Source: Raillietiella orientalis (lineage: Eukaryota). From it: a stretch of DNA of 64,000 bases. Location of the stretch: assembly GCA_036172245.1 (NCBI GenBank), contig JAYWIR010000013.1, forward strand, positions 2,542,001 through 2,606,000. Reading direction: 5' to 3'. The notes below the pieces were generated by a model, which was not told the origin of the DNA, did no database searches, and was given only the letters and a program-made list of their open reading frames with translations. Shown here in pieces: positions 1-13,368 of this stretch. Position 1 is the first letter of the stretch. Each line of letters starts with the position of its first letter. Made by a program: the position numbers and the translations under genes.

Positions 1-1
1 A

Positions 2-1165
2 ATGGTTACCTCGCCCCCGGTGAGGACTTACGCCGCCGTTACCTCCCAAAGTCCAGGAACCTGCGATGCGGAGTTCCAGGCATATGTGTCATCAGGATAC
101 ATGCCTGCACTCCGTTATAAGGTCGGTGGGCCACTTCACGGGAGAATCGGTCGTGAGCTCAATGATGAGCTCGTCCGGATAGGCGTTCGCGAGGAGGAAC
201 TTGTTGCCATAATGCCTGCTGGCAGGATGGAATATACGAAGATTCGGTGCAAGAACGCAGCACTTTTGCAGCGCCTTCTCCGTACGCCGTTGACCATCAA
301 TGGCAAGCAAGTCCTACCTACGGCGATGGACGACTCTTTTGTCGTTCAATTGTGCGACATCGAACCGGAAATTTCCGACCGCGATGTCGTAAGTGTGCTG
401 GCGAAGTTCGCCACCGTGCACGCTCTGTGGAGGAGGCCGAACCCTTTGAAGAATTTCTCCTCTGTCCACATCGGACAAGCCTCCACGCGGATCACCGTCG
501 CGAACAGGCGTGTTGTGCCTGAGCAGCTGCAGGTGAACGGCACGGTCGTTCACCTGTGGTTCATAGGCCAGAATCGCGCGTGCGAGCAGTGCGGGAAGGA
601 GGGGCACCGAATTAAAGAGTGCCCCTCACCAAGATGCCGCTATTGCAAAGATTCCGGGCACGAAATCAAAAAGTGCCCGGTACTTGCAAAAAAAGAGCCG
701 CAGCGGAAATTCGTCGGGTTCAAGAGACCACAGCACGAAAAGCCGCAGCGGCGAATAAAAAACATCTTCCGCAAAAACTCGAAAAAAACCACGAGCGATC
801 CACGGATAAAAAGAAAGCATCCCCGCCCGCAACGCCCCGAAAGGGGATAGTCACGGCGGGGAAGCCAATTAAAAAGGAGCGCGAGGGTTTGACGCGTGCC
901 GTGCCTTCCCTCTCTGCCGAACTCGCAAGCACCTTTCCGAGCCTGGAACCAGGAAATCTCCGTAACACCCTGGAGGGAAAGGTAGGAAAACAGGAAGATC
1001 GCAACAGTGCGAAGACTTCTTGCCCCGTTCCGTTGTCCCTTCCGAGTTCCGGACAACCCCACTGCAGCGCAGGCCCCACTGCAAAGGCTACGAAAGCCGT
1101 AAAAAGCAGCGTCGCGACGAGCAAAAGCACGCTGCATGCAGTCGCCCCATCGCCGACTCGGCAGG
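2..1165 (+). pseudogene. Family B ORF1 (gag-like, zinc knuckles), N-terminal part, frameshifted near 690
   Basis: ORFs 2..850 and 619..1428 join into a protein closely matching 18940..20214(-); two CX2CX4HX4C motifs. Confidence 0.85.
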
Positions 1166-1299
1166 TTTCCCCAAGTCCCACAAGGGGTGGGGTAAGTTTA
1201 TTTTTCTATAAAAATACAAAATTTACATTCGCACCCTCACTCACTCAATACAATTATTTTGCACTTGGGAGTCCTTGGGTTGCACTAGAGTTCTGCTTT

Positions 1300-4200
1300 T
1301 CAGGGGGGAATTCCAGCTGGATGGTCCCGGGCGTCGTCCTGGATCCTCTTCAGGATGAATCGGTACGTCCAGGCGTGGATCTTCCCGCAGTTCCTGATGC
1401 CGATTTCCCTCTACAAGAGCCCTTGTAGGATCTCCATCGGTGGTGCGGCTCTCCTGGCTTTCCTCATTTTCCACCACCGCACAAGTATGGCGGTGATGAA
1501 GAGGGCTATGTTCGTCCTCACCATGGGATTGTAACAGGGAACATTACCATCCCCATGAAACATCCCGGCGAGGATCTCCATAACGGACTTGTTGGTAAGT
1601 CCTATGATCCTTTTCAGGATCAGCCAGTCATGCAGCAGTGTGGGACATGTCAAGACGTGAAGTCTTGTGTCGTCGTCTCCACATGCTGCGCAGTCTCGGT
1701 CTTCCCGTCTTCCTGTAAAGTGCTGCAATCGGGACCCACTCTGGATTCCTCCGTGATAAAACATCAGGAGGTCATCCTGGGTGCCCGGCGAAAGGTCACT
1801 CCTCCAGAGCGTCGTGCCGATCGCTAACAGGTTGAACCGTTCACTCCCGTAGCGTTCGGTGGCTTCCTGGAGGGCACTGGTGTCACGGTCGTTTTCTTGG
1901 ATAAACCTTCGGAGGTTTGTTCTGGTTACCCTCGACCATGCGAAGTCGTTGTGGTTGAACCACACTTCGCGGGTCCTGTGGGTAAACCTTCCTAACATCA
2001 TCTCTGTATACCGAAGTATACGTGTTTGATGTAGGTAGCCTCCTCGCCTCCACTCCTGGATTTGCAGTAGGGTAACACTGGACCGCTGGTAGATCCAGCA
2101 TCTCGTGTCCGGCGGGACAGGAAGCAACCAAGGGATCACCAGGATGGACTCGTCCTGCCAGAGTTCCCTGCTTCGCGGCACGATCTTGATTTGGTGCTTC
2201 CGCACCAGCCGTTGCTTCCTCCTCCAGGTCGGGTCGATTCTTATCCATTCCCCTACTTTGCCTAGCAGCGCAGTCATCAGGCCTTTCGAGTTGTTATGCA
2301 ACAACGCGTAGGCCCGCTGCGCCGCATACGGCCAGTCATCCCAGTAAGTGGCCATGTCCAGGATGTGTCGCGTATCCATGATTTCCATGGAATGTGCAAG
2401 CGACTTCATCCCGGAACCGCCTTCTTCCCTAGGACGACACAGGGGTTTTAGTCGGACTCTTGGACGATAGTGGCCCCACAGTGTTTTTCTCTGCAGCTTG
2501 TCGAACTCCCTCGTGGTTTCCTTGTTCATCCTCGCGAAGGCCGCCCCGAAGAGCACTTTCGGAAGGAGTACTCCGTTCCATATGTTGGCTTTTCGCTTCA
2601 TCCCAAGGTCCGTTCGGGTGTACTTGGCTGCTTCCTTGGCCGTTTTCCCCAGGATTTCCTTCCACAGCAGCTTCGACGCAGAGCCGTCGCCGATGTAGAC
2701 TCCCAGGTACTTGGCCGTGTCCACCGTACGGAATCCACTACCCGTTAGAGTGGAGAGATCCAGTATTCCGACGGGCAAAAGCTGGCTCTTCTGGGAATTG
2801 ATTTTTAAGCCCAAGCCCAGTTCCATCAGGTCCACCACATCCAGAAACGCACGCTGATTTTTCTCTCCCTTGATGAAGAAGAGTAGATCATCGGCGTATG
2901 CCAGATGGGTAAGACGCTGGCTATCGATGGTAATCCCGCTTAGTCGTCCGCTCTTCTCGATAAAGGACGACAACGCCTCCATATAGATGACGAACAGCAT
3001 CGGACTTAGCGAGTCGCCCTGTCGGACTCCTCGTTCCATCATGATTGCTGCCGTCTCCTGGCCGTTGATCTTGATCCGGCAGTACTGGTTCTGGAGTACC
3101 GCCCTCACGAAGTTGCTGAAGTGTTCCGGAAGCCCTAGCTTCTCCAGAACCTTCAGCAGCATCCCGTGGTCGATGGAGTTGAAGGCCTTCTCCATGTCAG
3201 TGAACACCAGCACCAGGTTCTCGCCGACGTATCGACTGAGTCCAACAGTGGCCTGGGCACACTTGACATTGTCCGACATGTGTCGTCCTGGGACTGCACA
3301 TGTCTGGACCGGAGAGATCAGCCTCGACATGACCTTGCCTAAGCGGTTGGACCAGATCTTCGCCAACCACTTGGCATCGGAGTTTATAATCGAGATTGGC
3401 CTCCATTGGGCGATCTGGGTAGAGTCGCCTCCTTTCGGCAGCAATCTCATCCGACTCTCGTAAAAGGACTGAGGCAGTCTGCCTTCTTCGCGGATGCAGA
3501 CGGTCAACTGGTGGAACAAACGCAGGTAGGCATGCAAGTACCGCTGATAGTAAGTGATGGGTACACTGTCAGGGCCAGCTGCCACGTCCTTGCGTAGTTG
3601 ACCAAACGCAGTCTTCACCTCGTCTTCGGAGTATTCCTCCTCCAGTCTGTTCCGCTGGAGATCGTCGGTCCTCTTCACGAGGTAGCTCAAGAAGGCCAGT
3701 TGACTAGAGCGACACAGCTGTTGTCGCCTGAAGTGTTTCGTGTAATGCCTGTGAAAACATGCACGATGTCCTCAGACGACTGTCGCATTTGGCCGTCGTA
3801 CTGGATGCAGAAGATATCTGTTGCAAGATTTCTCTTCTCCAGCACGCCGACTTCCCCTTTTATGTTATTGAGGACGTACCGACTCTCGTACTGATCGAAG
3901 TACTTTGAGGGGGAGCGATCTTGGATGTTCAGCTCCCGGTACGCCTCCTGCCTCAAGCGCCTATCTCCGAACTGCATGTTCGCAAACAGGTGTATCCTGT
4001 GTTTCAGGCTGTCCCAGTCGGCGACTCTTCGGATTGTTGTTGCCCTCAGAATCGCCTCCAGGACAGCCTGATGTCCGGGATGGGTTTCGAACCAGGCGGG
4101 CATGCTGATGAGCGCTGCCCTGGTGCCTTGCCTCCGCCGAGGATTCTCCGTTCTTAGGGAAAACCGCACCAGGGGGTGATCGGACACCGTAGTCATAGTG

Positions 4201-4817
4201 TCGCGAAACCCCTGGATGCGATTCCCAAGTTCGGTGCTGTGCAGGACGTGATCGATTGGCTTGTGGCTTGCTGTTCGCCAGACCAGTCCGAACTCCTCGG
4301 ATAGCCGTCGATACGCCGTCCTTCCTCTGGCGTCTTCCGAATGAATGATCTCATCCAAGATGTTGAGATCGCCAGCAACTATCACGACGTCTTTAGGGGC
4401 GACCTTTTGCCGGAGTGTTGCATGCAGCGCCTCCGCACAACGATGTTTTAGCCTGTGCGGCCCGTACACGTTCACCAGGATAAGGTGAACAGTCGCGGAC
4501 CAGGCCAGTCGCACGCCGATGATTCGTCCGGGTTGGGGACAGAACACTTCCAGGATAGTGGGGGCTAAGTGGTTCTTTATTAGCACCGCCACACCCTTCG
4601 TGTTCCGTTCTCCTTCGTTGACGAACATCTGCCCGTTGAATCGCCGTTCCATTCGCTGGCTTATCTCGAGAACCATCCTGTGGGACTCCTGCAGGCACAC
4701 GATGTCTTGTTGTGCGATGGTCCGCACAATCCTTCTTCTTTTTCCCTGGTCGACCACACCGTTTACGTTCCAGAAGGCGATGTTGATCCTCCTGGCGGTC
4801 GATAGGGAAGGCGCCAT
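1300..4817 (-). pseudogene. Family A ORF2: APE endonuclease + reverse transcriptase + C-terminal Cys motif; frameshifts near 3760 and 1420
   Basis: WNVNG, LQES, NVYGP, GDLN, SDH (APE); WRPISIINSDAK, DMEKAF, GVRQGDSLSP, YADD, YLG (RT); CAACGDDDTRLHVLTC. Confidence 0.95.
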
Positions 4818-4830
4818 AAAAGGGGAAGTC

Positions 4831-6618
4831 CTATTTTTTGGCCTTCCTGAGCTTCTTCTGTCTGAGAGAGCGTGCTCTTCCAGACAATGAAGAAGCAGCG
4901 GGTTTCTCGCTGCCGGCGTCACTCTCCGTACCTGTGAGGTCGGTAATTTCCGCCTCCTCCGTAGAGTGTTCCGCCTGCGCGATCAATTTTCGAGATAGCG
5001 CCTCTATCTCGACCTTGGCGCAGAAGTTCGCCTTCACGTCGAGAAGCTGTTCCTCTAACTTCTCGCGTTCAGCGACCTCCACCACCTGGTTGATGTTCTC
5101 TTGTGCAGTGCAGATCTTCTGCAAGATTTTCTCTTGCTGAGGACCGCTCTGCACCTTCATGATCTCCTCCGCCAGTGTTGTCAACTCCTCCGTAGTCTGC
5201 AGAGCCTCCTGCGACACTTTAGTGGCTTCCTGTCTCTCTTCCTTCGCGCCTTCCTGCGCTACCTCCATCTTCTCGCCTTCCTGCTCTGCTGCTTCCAGGA
5301 TTTGAGGAGTTCCTTGCTTTTTGACGAGCATCCTCCTCTTTCCCTTCTTTCCCACTTCTATGAAGCCGTCCGCCGACACCGGGACAGCTTCTTTCACTTT
5401 TTTCTGCCTTCCTGCCTTCTGAGGCTGTTCGGCCTCCTTGATGTTTCTCTCTCTCACGGGAGGAAGACCTCGAATCCTTCTGCAGTTTTCAAACTCCAGA
5501 CATCTCCATTTCGCATGTCTGTGTTTCTTGCAGAAGGAGCACACCTCCGGCTGCGGGCAGTTTCGGACATGATGTCCTACTTTGCCGCAGCGAAAACAAC
5601 GACACGTTGGGCAAGCGCCGGCCCTGTCGCCGAACTGCTTGCACCCGGTGCAGAATACCGGTTGTTGCCGGTAACGCACATTCACTCCCTGGGATTGTTT
5701 GTCAATAACGGCCAATCCAGGGATCACCGCTCCCTCCCTCAACTTCATCTTGGCGATCATGTCGCCAGAAAATATGTTTCCAGAGAAGTTCTGGAAATCA
5801 AGGTCCAGAACTTCCCCAAACTGCTCCAAGTAATTCCACACCGCTAGTTGCGGTGTGAGGATGAAGATGCCGTTTAAAAAGACAGTTGTGTATGGCATCT
5901 CGCCAATACCACAAACCATCCGTCCTTGTATATTGATCCCCTTCTGGATCAATCGCTCTCTAATGTTTTCACAGTCTGTAAAGACTGTGAACCCGTGGTT
6001 TGATGGAATGATCGCCTGAATGCGATCAAAGTCTATGTCCGTCTTGTCGAGGGACAAATAGACCTCCCTGATGTTATTAAATTTTCTTAGCCCCGTCTTG
6101 AAGATAATGGGCTTCACGTTGGGGCCTATTTCGACTTTTGGTCGGTCCACCTTTAGTACTTTTCCGCTAAGCGGCTTACCGAATTTCCGAGGTGGGTGGA
6201 CACTCGCCTGTCCAGCCGCCACCGACGCATAAGAAAAGGGCTGCGACGCCGCAGCCGAACAAGATGGGGTCGCTCCCTGCACCGCGTGGACGCCCGCGGG
6301 TCCCGACTGGGACGCCACTGCCGCGGGCGCAAACCTCGACGTTGCCGCCGTTACCGCCGCGGGCGGCACCCTCGGCATCGCCGCCGCAGGCGCGACCTTC
6401 CCCGCCGCGGGCACGATCCTCGGCGCCGCCGCCGCGAGCACGACCTCCGCCGTCGTCGCCGCGGGCACGACCCTTAGCATCGCCGCCGCCGGCGCAGCAA
6501 AGACCGCCGCGGGCGCGATCCTCGGCATGCCTGCCGCCACCTCGCCGTTGCCGCACGTTACCTCCATGGCTTCCATGGGGGAAGACAATCTCTCCACTCC
6601 TCTTCTAGGTGCCTGCAT
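4831..6618 (-). CDS. Family A ORF1: Ala/Pro-rich N-terminus, RRM-like region, CCHC knuckles, acidic coiled-coil C-terminus
   Basis: Open frame; CFRCGKVGHHVRNC and CSFCKKHRHAKWRC; ATG at 6618 (MQAPR), shared with the copy at 13511. Confidence 0.85.
   Translation of the reverse strand: MQAPRRGVERLSSPMEAMEVTCGNGEVAAGMPRIAPAAVFAAPAAAMLRVVPAATTAEVVLAAAAPRIVPAAGKVAPAAAMPRVPPAAVTAATSRFAPAAVASQSGPAGVHAVQGATPSCSAAASQPFSYASVAAGQASVHPPRKFGKPLSGKVLKVDRPKVEIGPNVKPIIFKTGLRKFNNIREVYLSLDKTDIDFDRIQAIIPSNHGFTVFTDCENIRERLIQKGINIQGRMVCGIGEMPYTTVFLNGIFILTPQLAVWNYLEQFGEVLDLDFQNFSGNIFSGDMIAKMKLREGAVIPGLAVIDKQSQGVNVRYRQQPVFCTGCKQFGDRAGACPTCRCFRCGKVGHHVRNCPQPEVCSFCKKHRHAKWRCLEFENCRRIRGLPPVRERNIKEAEQPQKAGRQKKVKEAVPVSADGFIEVGKKGKRRMLVKKQGTPQILEAAEQEGEKMEVAQEGAKEERQEATKVSQEALQTTEELTTLAEEIMKVQSGPQQEKILQKICTAQENINQVVEVAEREKLEEQLLDVKANFCAKVEIEALSRKLIAQAEHSTEEAEITDLTGTESDAGSEKPAASSLSGRARSLRQKKLRKAKK
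6290..6545 (-). repeat. Degenerate GC-rich coding tandem repeat (MPRVAPAAA-like units) in family A ORF1; also at ~13590-13830 (+)
   Basis: Repeated gccgccgcgggc units translating to IAPAA/VVPAA/VAPAAAMPR. Confidence 0.7.
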
Positions 6619-7461
6619 CCTGGCAGCTGGTCTTGCTTCACAAGACCACTGCAGGTCTTTTGCCGCGATCTCCTCGCCGCTTTTTTTTTTTGGTTCCGTC
6701 TGGAAAACTTCCCCTCTCCGGGCACACACGAGCACAATGAACTGATTAAGTTGTCAAGCGCACAATACTTCGAGCCGCGGAGCAAGTTCACCGACTCGGC
6801 AGGAGCGGAGCGATCTACCAACTGTCAAGAAGGTGACTCCGTTGCCGCCTTTTGAAGGCGTAGCGAAAGCAACGCCCCCAGAGAACGCAGCGAAAATCCC
6901 GGAGGTTTCCGCAACTACTGTCGCGGAAGCCTCAGAAAATCGCGAAGGCGAATGTAAGGTTGTGGAGAGGAGGGAAGAAAAATCTTCAGAAAAAGCTCCG
7001 CAACCTCCATCCCTGAGCTCTTCCAAAGGAAAAAGCAGTCGCGCGAATACGAAAACACGCGCGGCTTGTGACTCTTCCAAGGAAATAGCCAACGCCTTCA
7101 ACGCGTGCAAGTCCGCTTCTGTGACCGCCGAGAAGACCATTCCGGTGCAATCGGACGGATGCAAGCGCACCTCGATCGTGCGAGCATCAGACTCCGCAAA
7201 GGAGTCCGATAACGCAGCTGAACGACGCGTAACTCGCGCGGGAGCGAGAGCCTGTAGGGCTGAAGCCCTGAGGCGTGACACACTCGCCACGGAACGACGA
7301 GTGCTCACCCCGGAACCCACAGGTTCTGCACCCGGGGAAGAGCACCCCATTACGTGCTGCACAGTTGATGCCGGTGGCGCCCGCGCCCTCCAGCCCGTCG
7401 TGCTGCTTACTACCCGCTCGCCGGGTGAGGCGAGCACCACGGCCTCGCTTTCCCAGCCGTG

Positions 7462-10400
7462 ATGAGGGCAATCGCGTCTTCTCGTCGTGTTGCCGTAACG
7501 TCTTGGAACGTCAACGGGCTCCAACACGAGGAGAAGAGGCGACTAGTGGCTGACGCTCTGCGCGCCTTCGACTCGACGCTCCTGCAGGAGATTCACAGCA
7601 TCTCCTGAGAGCAGGCTGCCGAAATCGAACGGCGCGCGGACGGAACGCTACTTTATAGGTGCGGCTTTGCACGCACGTGCGGCGTCGCTTTCCTCGTGCG
7701 AGGCACTTTGGCGGGAGCGGAGCGCAGCGTTCGTTTGGACATGGAAGGCCGAGTGGGACAGCTTGCACTCAAGTGGTCCGACTCGATCGACCTTGTCGTA
7801 ACCAACGTGTACGCGCCGAGCGGTGCTCGACGATGGGCCGAAAGGATTGAGTTCTTAGGTACCCTTCAAAGCCAGTGGCTCACTCACCCTACTGTGGCCC
7901 ATCTCATTGCGGGGGACTTTAGCGTTGACCTGCTTTCCGAGAATAGATCCCACAAAAGGGAAAAGTTGCTAGCGGAAGATATGTGCGCGTCCGTGCACGC
8001 GTGCAACTTGTTCGCTAGCGACCCTGTTATAGCAGCAACGCCGGACCACGTAAACCTTGATGAACACTTGCTCTGTCGAGTGGGTCGCAGAGGTCCCGTG
8101 CCCTCCTTGCTTTCAGACCACAACAGGCTCGAGTTCGAGTTGCTCCCGCCAGGCAAGGGGCCTCCGAACTGTTTCTGGAGGATGCCGGGAGACTGGCTAA
8201 GCCACCCGTAGGCGGCTGAGCATCTTCGCCAGTACCTCTTCGGCTTTGCCATAAGTGAGCTCGCTGACTGCGACGATCTGAAAAGATCGGTCCGCGAGTT
8301 CTGCTGCCGGTTTCCCTTGCACCAGCTTCCGCGCGGCTTCGGAGAGGGCGTAGCCAACTGCAGAGATTTTCTGCAGGCCCGCTCCTTTTCCAGGCGCGCG
8401 GACGTTGGTCGATTATCCGAGTACAAGGCCAAGGCCGAGCGCCAGGTCTGGCAGTCAGGGGCGACAGTTCTGCTCGACGACCAGGACCGGGAATGCTCGG
8501 CTCCAGCCGACGTGCGACGGATAGTCAGGCGCTATTACTCTTCTCTGTATGCAGAGGCACCGACGGAACGCAGCCTCTCCCGGCTGCTTCTGCCGATTGA
8601 TGCACCTGTTGTAGACGAGTAGGAACGCGCGCGTCTTGATGAGCTCTTCACGGCAGAGGAAATTTCCTCGGCCATCTCGGGGCTCAAGAGACGAAAAGCG
8701 CCAGGCGAAGATGGGCTCCCCGCGGAATTCTTTCAGTGTTTTGCGGCGGAGCTCATCCCCCTGGTGCTCCAACTCTCGTCGCTGATGCGAGACTCGGGCG
8801 ATGTCCCCGCCTCGTTTTACTCAGCGAAGGTGCGTCTACTGCCGAAAGGCGGAGATTTGCGCCAACTGAACAACTGGCGTCCGATCACATTAGTGAATTC
8901 GGACGTCAAGTTGTTCTCGAAACTTCAGGTGGCGCGGATGGGTAGGATCGCGGAATCCTTGGTAAGTCCGGAGCAGACGTACGCTGTTCCTGGGCGGTCC
9001 ATGGACGCGAATCTCTTGTTCATCCGCACATGGCTGCAATTGCAGCATCGTGTGGCGGTGGATCGTCGTGCGGAAGCGACGCCTTCGATCTCTCACCGAC
9101 GGAGGCGCGTGACGCAAAGGGAGACACCGGGAGCCTTGGCGGTTGCAGTCGATCTGCACAAAGCTTTCGATTGCGTGAACCAAAAGCTTCTTCTTGAGCT
9201 TTTGGAACGTCTTGGTCTTCCGGCATCCCTGTTGGCGTACTTGCGCTCCTGCTGGCGCTACGCGATTACATCCATTGTTTTTAGTGCCTGTCGCGTGTAC
9301 GGCGTGCCGGTACGACGAGGAATTAGGCAGGGTGACAGCTTAAGCCCGCTGCTCTTCAGCATCTATTTTGAAATGGTGCTGGAGGCTTACAGGCTGACGC
9401 TAGCCAACCTGCCGAGCTCCTGTCCAGGTACGCCGGCCGTGGCAGCCTATGCCGACGACCTGCTTCTTTTGTTGCCCATGTCCACCCCGGCGACATCGCT
9501 TGAAGACTTCTTTGAGTTGATTCGTCGCGGTGCGGGCGTGAGCGTTAACAGGAGTAAGTGTATGGTTGTTCCGGTGGGTGCGACGTGGGAGGGGCAGTCC
9601 GACTGGATCGACCTGGGGATCCCCACGGGCAGGTACCTCAGGTAACTTGGCGTGCCGTTGGGCGACTTCTGCATCTCAGATGCGTGGTCGGACTGCCTTC
9701 GGAAGGCAGAGCGTGCACTTGGCCCGTTTTCAGGAGGCGAGTTCGTCTTGCCGGAACGGGCCTGCATCTGGAACACCTTCGTTGCCCCCCTCCTCTGCCC
9801 CCTGTTTTTTGTTTGTCCACCCCCCCAGGAAGTCAAAGTCTGGGCGCAGCGCCTTCTACGCAAAGCGTTGTGGGGCGCTGCAAGATCCCGTGTTAGACTT
9901 AAAGACTTGGTGGCGCCGCGTCAGGTTGCAGGCTTGGGCATCCTCGACTTAAACAGCATCGAACTGCAGGTGCAGTTTCGCATGCTGCGGCTCTGTGCCA
10001 AGCTGTGGTGTACGCCGTGGTGCTTACCCGCACGCCTTATACTGAGGCGCTGCACGGGACGCGAGGGACTGCTTTCGTTGCTACCCCACTTTCGGCACAC
10101 CAGAATAGGGTTTGGCTTCCCGCTGAGGCAGCTGTCCTCACTGCTGGAAGCCCAAAGCTGGATCTCCTGCCGCCCCATGAACATTCATGCATGGCGGCAG
10201 GAATCTTTTTCATCGTGGGCAGCTTCCGAAGGAACGCGCCCGGAAGATCTTCGACGCTTGCGACTTCTCCTCAGTCATCAAATGGACGAAGTCATGCAGG
10301 ACAAGAAGTTATCGGATCGTCTGGCCGCCACACCACTCGCCGCAGCGCCGTCTGCCCTCAGGGCAAGCAACGACGGTTGCCTACCGGCGGAATGGGAGTT

Positions 10401-11045
10401 CTCCTGCAAAATAGCGGGAGTCAGTAAGCTCCTCGGCAGCTGGACGACATAGGAGCTGGTGCATGCCGCCACACCTCAGAATCGGGCGAAGGGCCTGCTT
10501 CGGTGGAGCGAACATTTAATTCTGCCCCCCGGAGAGATAGTGGTTCCCCCCGTTTGTTTGGACAGCTCCGTGTTCCCTCCTAAGTAGAAACAAGATGTGC
10601 TGCTCTTTTTACATTGTGCATTACACTGTAATAGGCAGCGAAGCATCGTTTCCGGGGGAGCTGCTTTGCCAAACTGTTCAAGGTGCAGAGAGATCGAGTC
10701 TTTTCCGCACCTTTTGCTGGACTGCGGTGACCTCCGGGAACTGTAGCGAAGGCTCACTTCGGCCATCATGCCACAAGGAGGCACTGCCATTGATGTGCTG
10801 CGGCGCTTCTTCAGTAGAAATGGACTTTCGGTAGCGCGATTGTCGCAAACATGTGTTGCGTTCGCGCCATCGTGAAGGCCCGCTACGCCCTGGAGTTGTC
10901 ATTGCAGCGAAGGGAGGCTCACCTGCTTGCAGCTCAATCCATGGAGAAGGCTTCAAGGGGGTCTCATCTTCGTGACAAGGTGAATGAGGAAATCACCGGC
11001 ATACATCGCCGGTTTACACACCTTTGTGAACGGCGTAATCCGGAG
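7462..11045 (+). pseudogene. Family B ORF2 (APE+RT), several premature stops and frameshifts
   Basis: NVYAP, AGDF, SDH; WRPITLVNSDVK, DLHKAFD, GIRQGDSLSP, AYADD; start overlaps the ORF1 stop (TGATG 7460-7464). Confidence 0.93.
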
Positions 11046-11379
11046 ACCCCTGCGACCTCTCGCCCACCCATACCCCGTCCCCGTTCGCTCGGTAAAATTT
11101 CCGGTGCCCATGCTTTTATCCCCGTGTCTTCCAGATCAATCCCAAAGACCCTTATCCCGTCCTCCTTATTCATTGTTTTTATTTTATTTTGGTTTCTTTG
11201 TGTTTCCCGCCCCCCACACCGTTCACAAAACTGTTACTCTGGCCTGCGTGCCAGCAATATTCTCTTCATTCTTGTTCAGTCGTCGGTTGGGAGTTTGGTT
11301 CCCAACTGGTTTATTTTGTATAATTGCTTTTTTTGGTTATGTTATATGGAATAAACGCCCTGGCGTGACCGGGTGAGAA

Positions 11380-13368
11380 ATCTCCTGCGCTTGTTCTGCA
11401 GAGATCACATGGATCTCCTGCAGCAGCACTAGGTGGAACGATCCTAGAATGGAGGCCATGTCTCGTCTCCTGTCGGCGATTGTCCTGCCGTTCACGTTCC
11501 AAACGGCGATGCGCAGACGACGGCGGGAGGAGATTCCAGGCATTACTGCCGGGGAGATGACGGTGTGGGGGAACCCGCCTCTTCCGAGGCGGGTGAGATG
11601 ACCATTAGGGAGTCAGCCTCCTCAGGCACCTTGGGTACCTTTCCGGCTTCAACCCCCTCCATCTCCTATGTGTCTGTGCGTGGTGGTCTCTCGGGTGACG
11701 ATTCCCGTGATTCTCCCACGCTCATGGCACCCTCGCAGTCGGAGGTGAGCTCCACAACTTCGACCTGGAGAGGGGCTTTCCGGGGTTTGCTGGACTTTCT
11801 TCCAGCCTTCCGGCGGGGTGCCGCGGAGATGGAAACTTGGTTTCCGGCCTGCGCTTCAGAGTCGGAAGTTACCGACTCCTCGTTGGAGGCCGGACACCTC
11901 ACTGCCTTTTTGCCAGCCTTGGAGGGGTCGGGCTGCAACGATGCAGCCAGCTCCTGCGCCGCACGCTAGAAGGCGGCGTCATCGATCACGGTCTCGATGA
12001 CGGACGCTTCCGCCGGTTCGCTCCCCACGCTGTTGACATTTTCAACAGTGGGTTGCTCGTCGGTAGCAGCGATTTCTACCTTGCGGCGTTCGGCGGGACG
12101 CGTAACACGAAGACGCTGCATTCTTTTAAATTCTCGCTAACCTCCTGTTTTTTATTTTGGTAAGCGAGCTTTTTTTCGATTCATCGTTCTTTCTTAGACT
12201 TTTTTTTCTTTTTTGCTGTGACTTCTTGCCATTCCAACACCTGACCGCTTTTGTCAATCTTTTCAACTTTCGTTTCCGGGGTGTCGGCTGAGGCCTGGAC
12301 CACGGGAGTGGGTGGCACAGCTTGAGCGGCAGCCTTCGCCGCCAGTTTTTTCTGTAGCAGCCTCGCGCGTTTTTTTAGGTAGGAAATGAAACCACGCGCA
12401 CAGCGGATTGTGGAAACACTTCCTTCGTATGGCCCATTGTCCCGCATACCAGGCACTGTACGTTGGGGCACCTCCTTTTGAGGTGTCCCGACGTGTTGCA
12501 GAAGCCACAGTATTTGGGCTTCCCCACGTACCAGAGGTCGACGCTTTCTCCGCCGACCACCAGTTTGTGGGGAAGGGTAGAGCCCTCCCAAACGGTTACA
12601 CGGGCAGCTGTGAGGCCGCACTGAACTGTGGTATAGTCCTCGAAAGGACTAGGCTTGATCCATACTGCATGGACCGTGACTTTTTTTTCCAACGCGGCGC
12701 GTGACTGTTCTTTCCGCATCCGCGCGGTAACTCCTAAAAGGTTTACCACCATACTGTGGTCCGCTGTAACGTGAAGGAGCCTGCGTGTTCCCATTACCAC
12801 GGGAATTTTAAGCAGACGTTGGGCCATAACTGTATGTTTGCAGATCACCTCTACCTACTGCCCCCCGCTACGAATGGTCATAGCGCAGAGCTCCTCTTCT
12901 TTAACATCGAGAGCGCGCATCCCCTTCGGAAAGTCGCGCGCACTCTCAGCGGAATACAAATTTCCTACCTTGTAGAATAGTGATGGGTCATACCCCTCTT
13001 CCACATAGGCAGATAATTCTGCCGCGGCTGCAGGCCATGGCGCCGACACGACGGCGCTCCACGCCCGAGCTGCAGCGGGGACCGGTTTTGTGGGAGCGGA
13101 CGCCCCCACCTCCTTCGCCACTGAAGGCGACGTTGCCGCCGCCCCCTGGCACTTCACCTTCTCTAGAGGCGACGTTGCCGCCGCCACCTGGCACTCCATT
13201 TCTTCAGAAGGCGCCGTTGCCACCGCCCCCTGACACGTACTGGTGGTCGCATCAGGCATTGCTGCCTGATCGACCACCAACACACACGAAGCCTACACCT
13301 AGGAACGGTTCCCGTCACGAGGAACACCGTGGAAGCACGTCCGCTCTAGCCAACGTAAATCTTTCGAC
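11380..13368 (-). mobile_element. Family C LINE 5' part (5'UTR, decayed ORF1 from ATG 13259, start of ORF2 APE at 11543), cut by the family B insertion
   Basis: AYVEEGYDPSLFYKVGNLYS; CGFCNTSGHLKRRC; TAATG junction; WNVNG..LLQEIH; ends at agcgcaggagat, which recurs at 20332-20343. Confidence 0.85.
13100..13235 (-). repeat. Three ~40-45 bp tandem repeats in family C ORF1
   Basis: gaaggcgacgttgccgccgccccctggcac-like unit x3 (CQGAAATSP). Confidence 0.7.

Larger units (their letters stand above)
1166..6790 (-). mobile_element. Family A Tx1/L1-like LINE, apparently full length, with TSD
   Basis: ccgactcggcagg is duplicated at 1153-1165 and 6791-6803. Contains ORF1 and ORF2, and a 3' hairpin ccccaccccttgtgggacttgggg followed by aaa. 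Confidence 0.92.
1..11379 (+). mobile_element. Family B Tx1/L1-like non-LTR retrotransposon (5' end outside window), interrupted by a family A element at 1166-6790
   Basis: ORF1 with CCHC knuckles (CEQCGKEGHRIKEC, CRYCKDSGHEIKKC) at 2-1165 resumes at 6791-7462. ORF2 follows from 7462. The 3' end is aataaacgccctggcgtgaccgggtg (11350-11375). Confidence 0.9.
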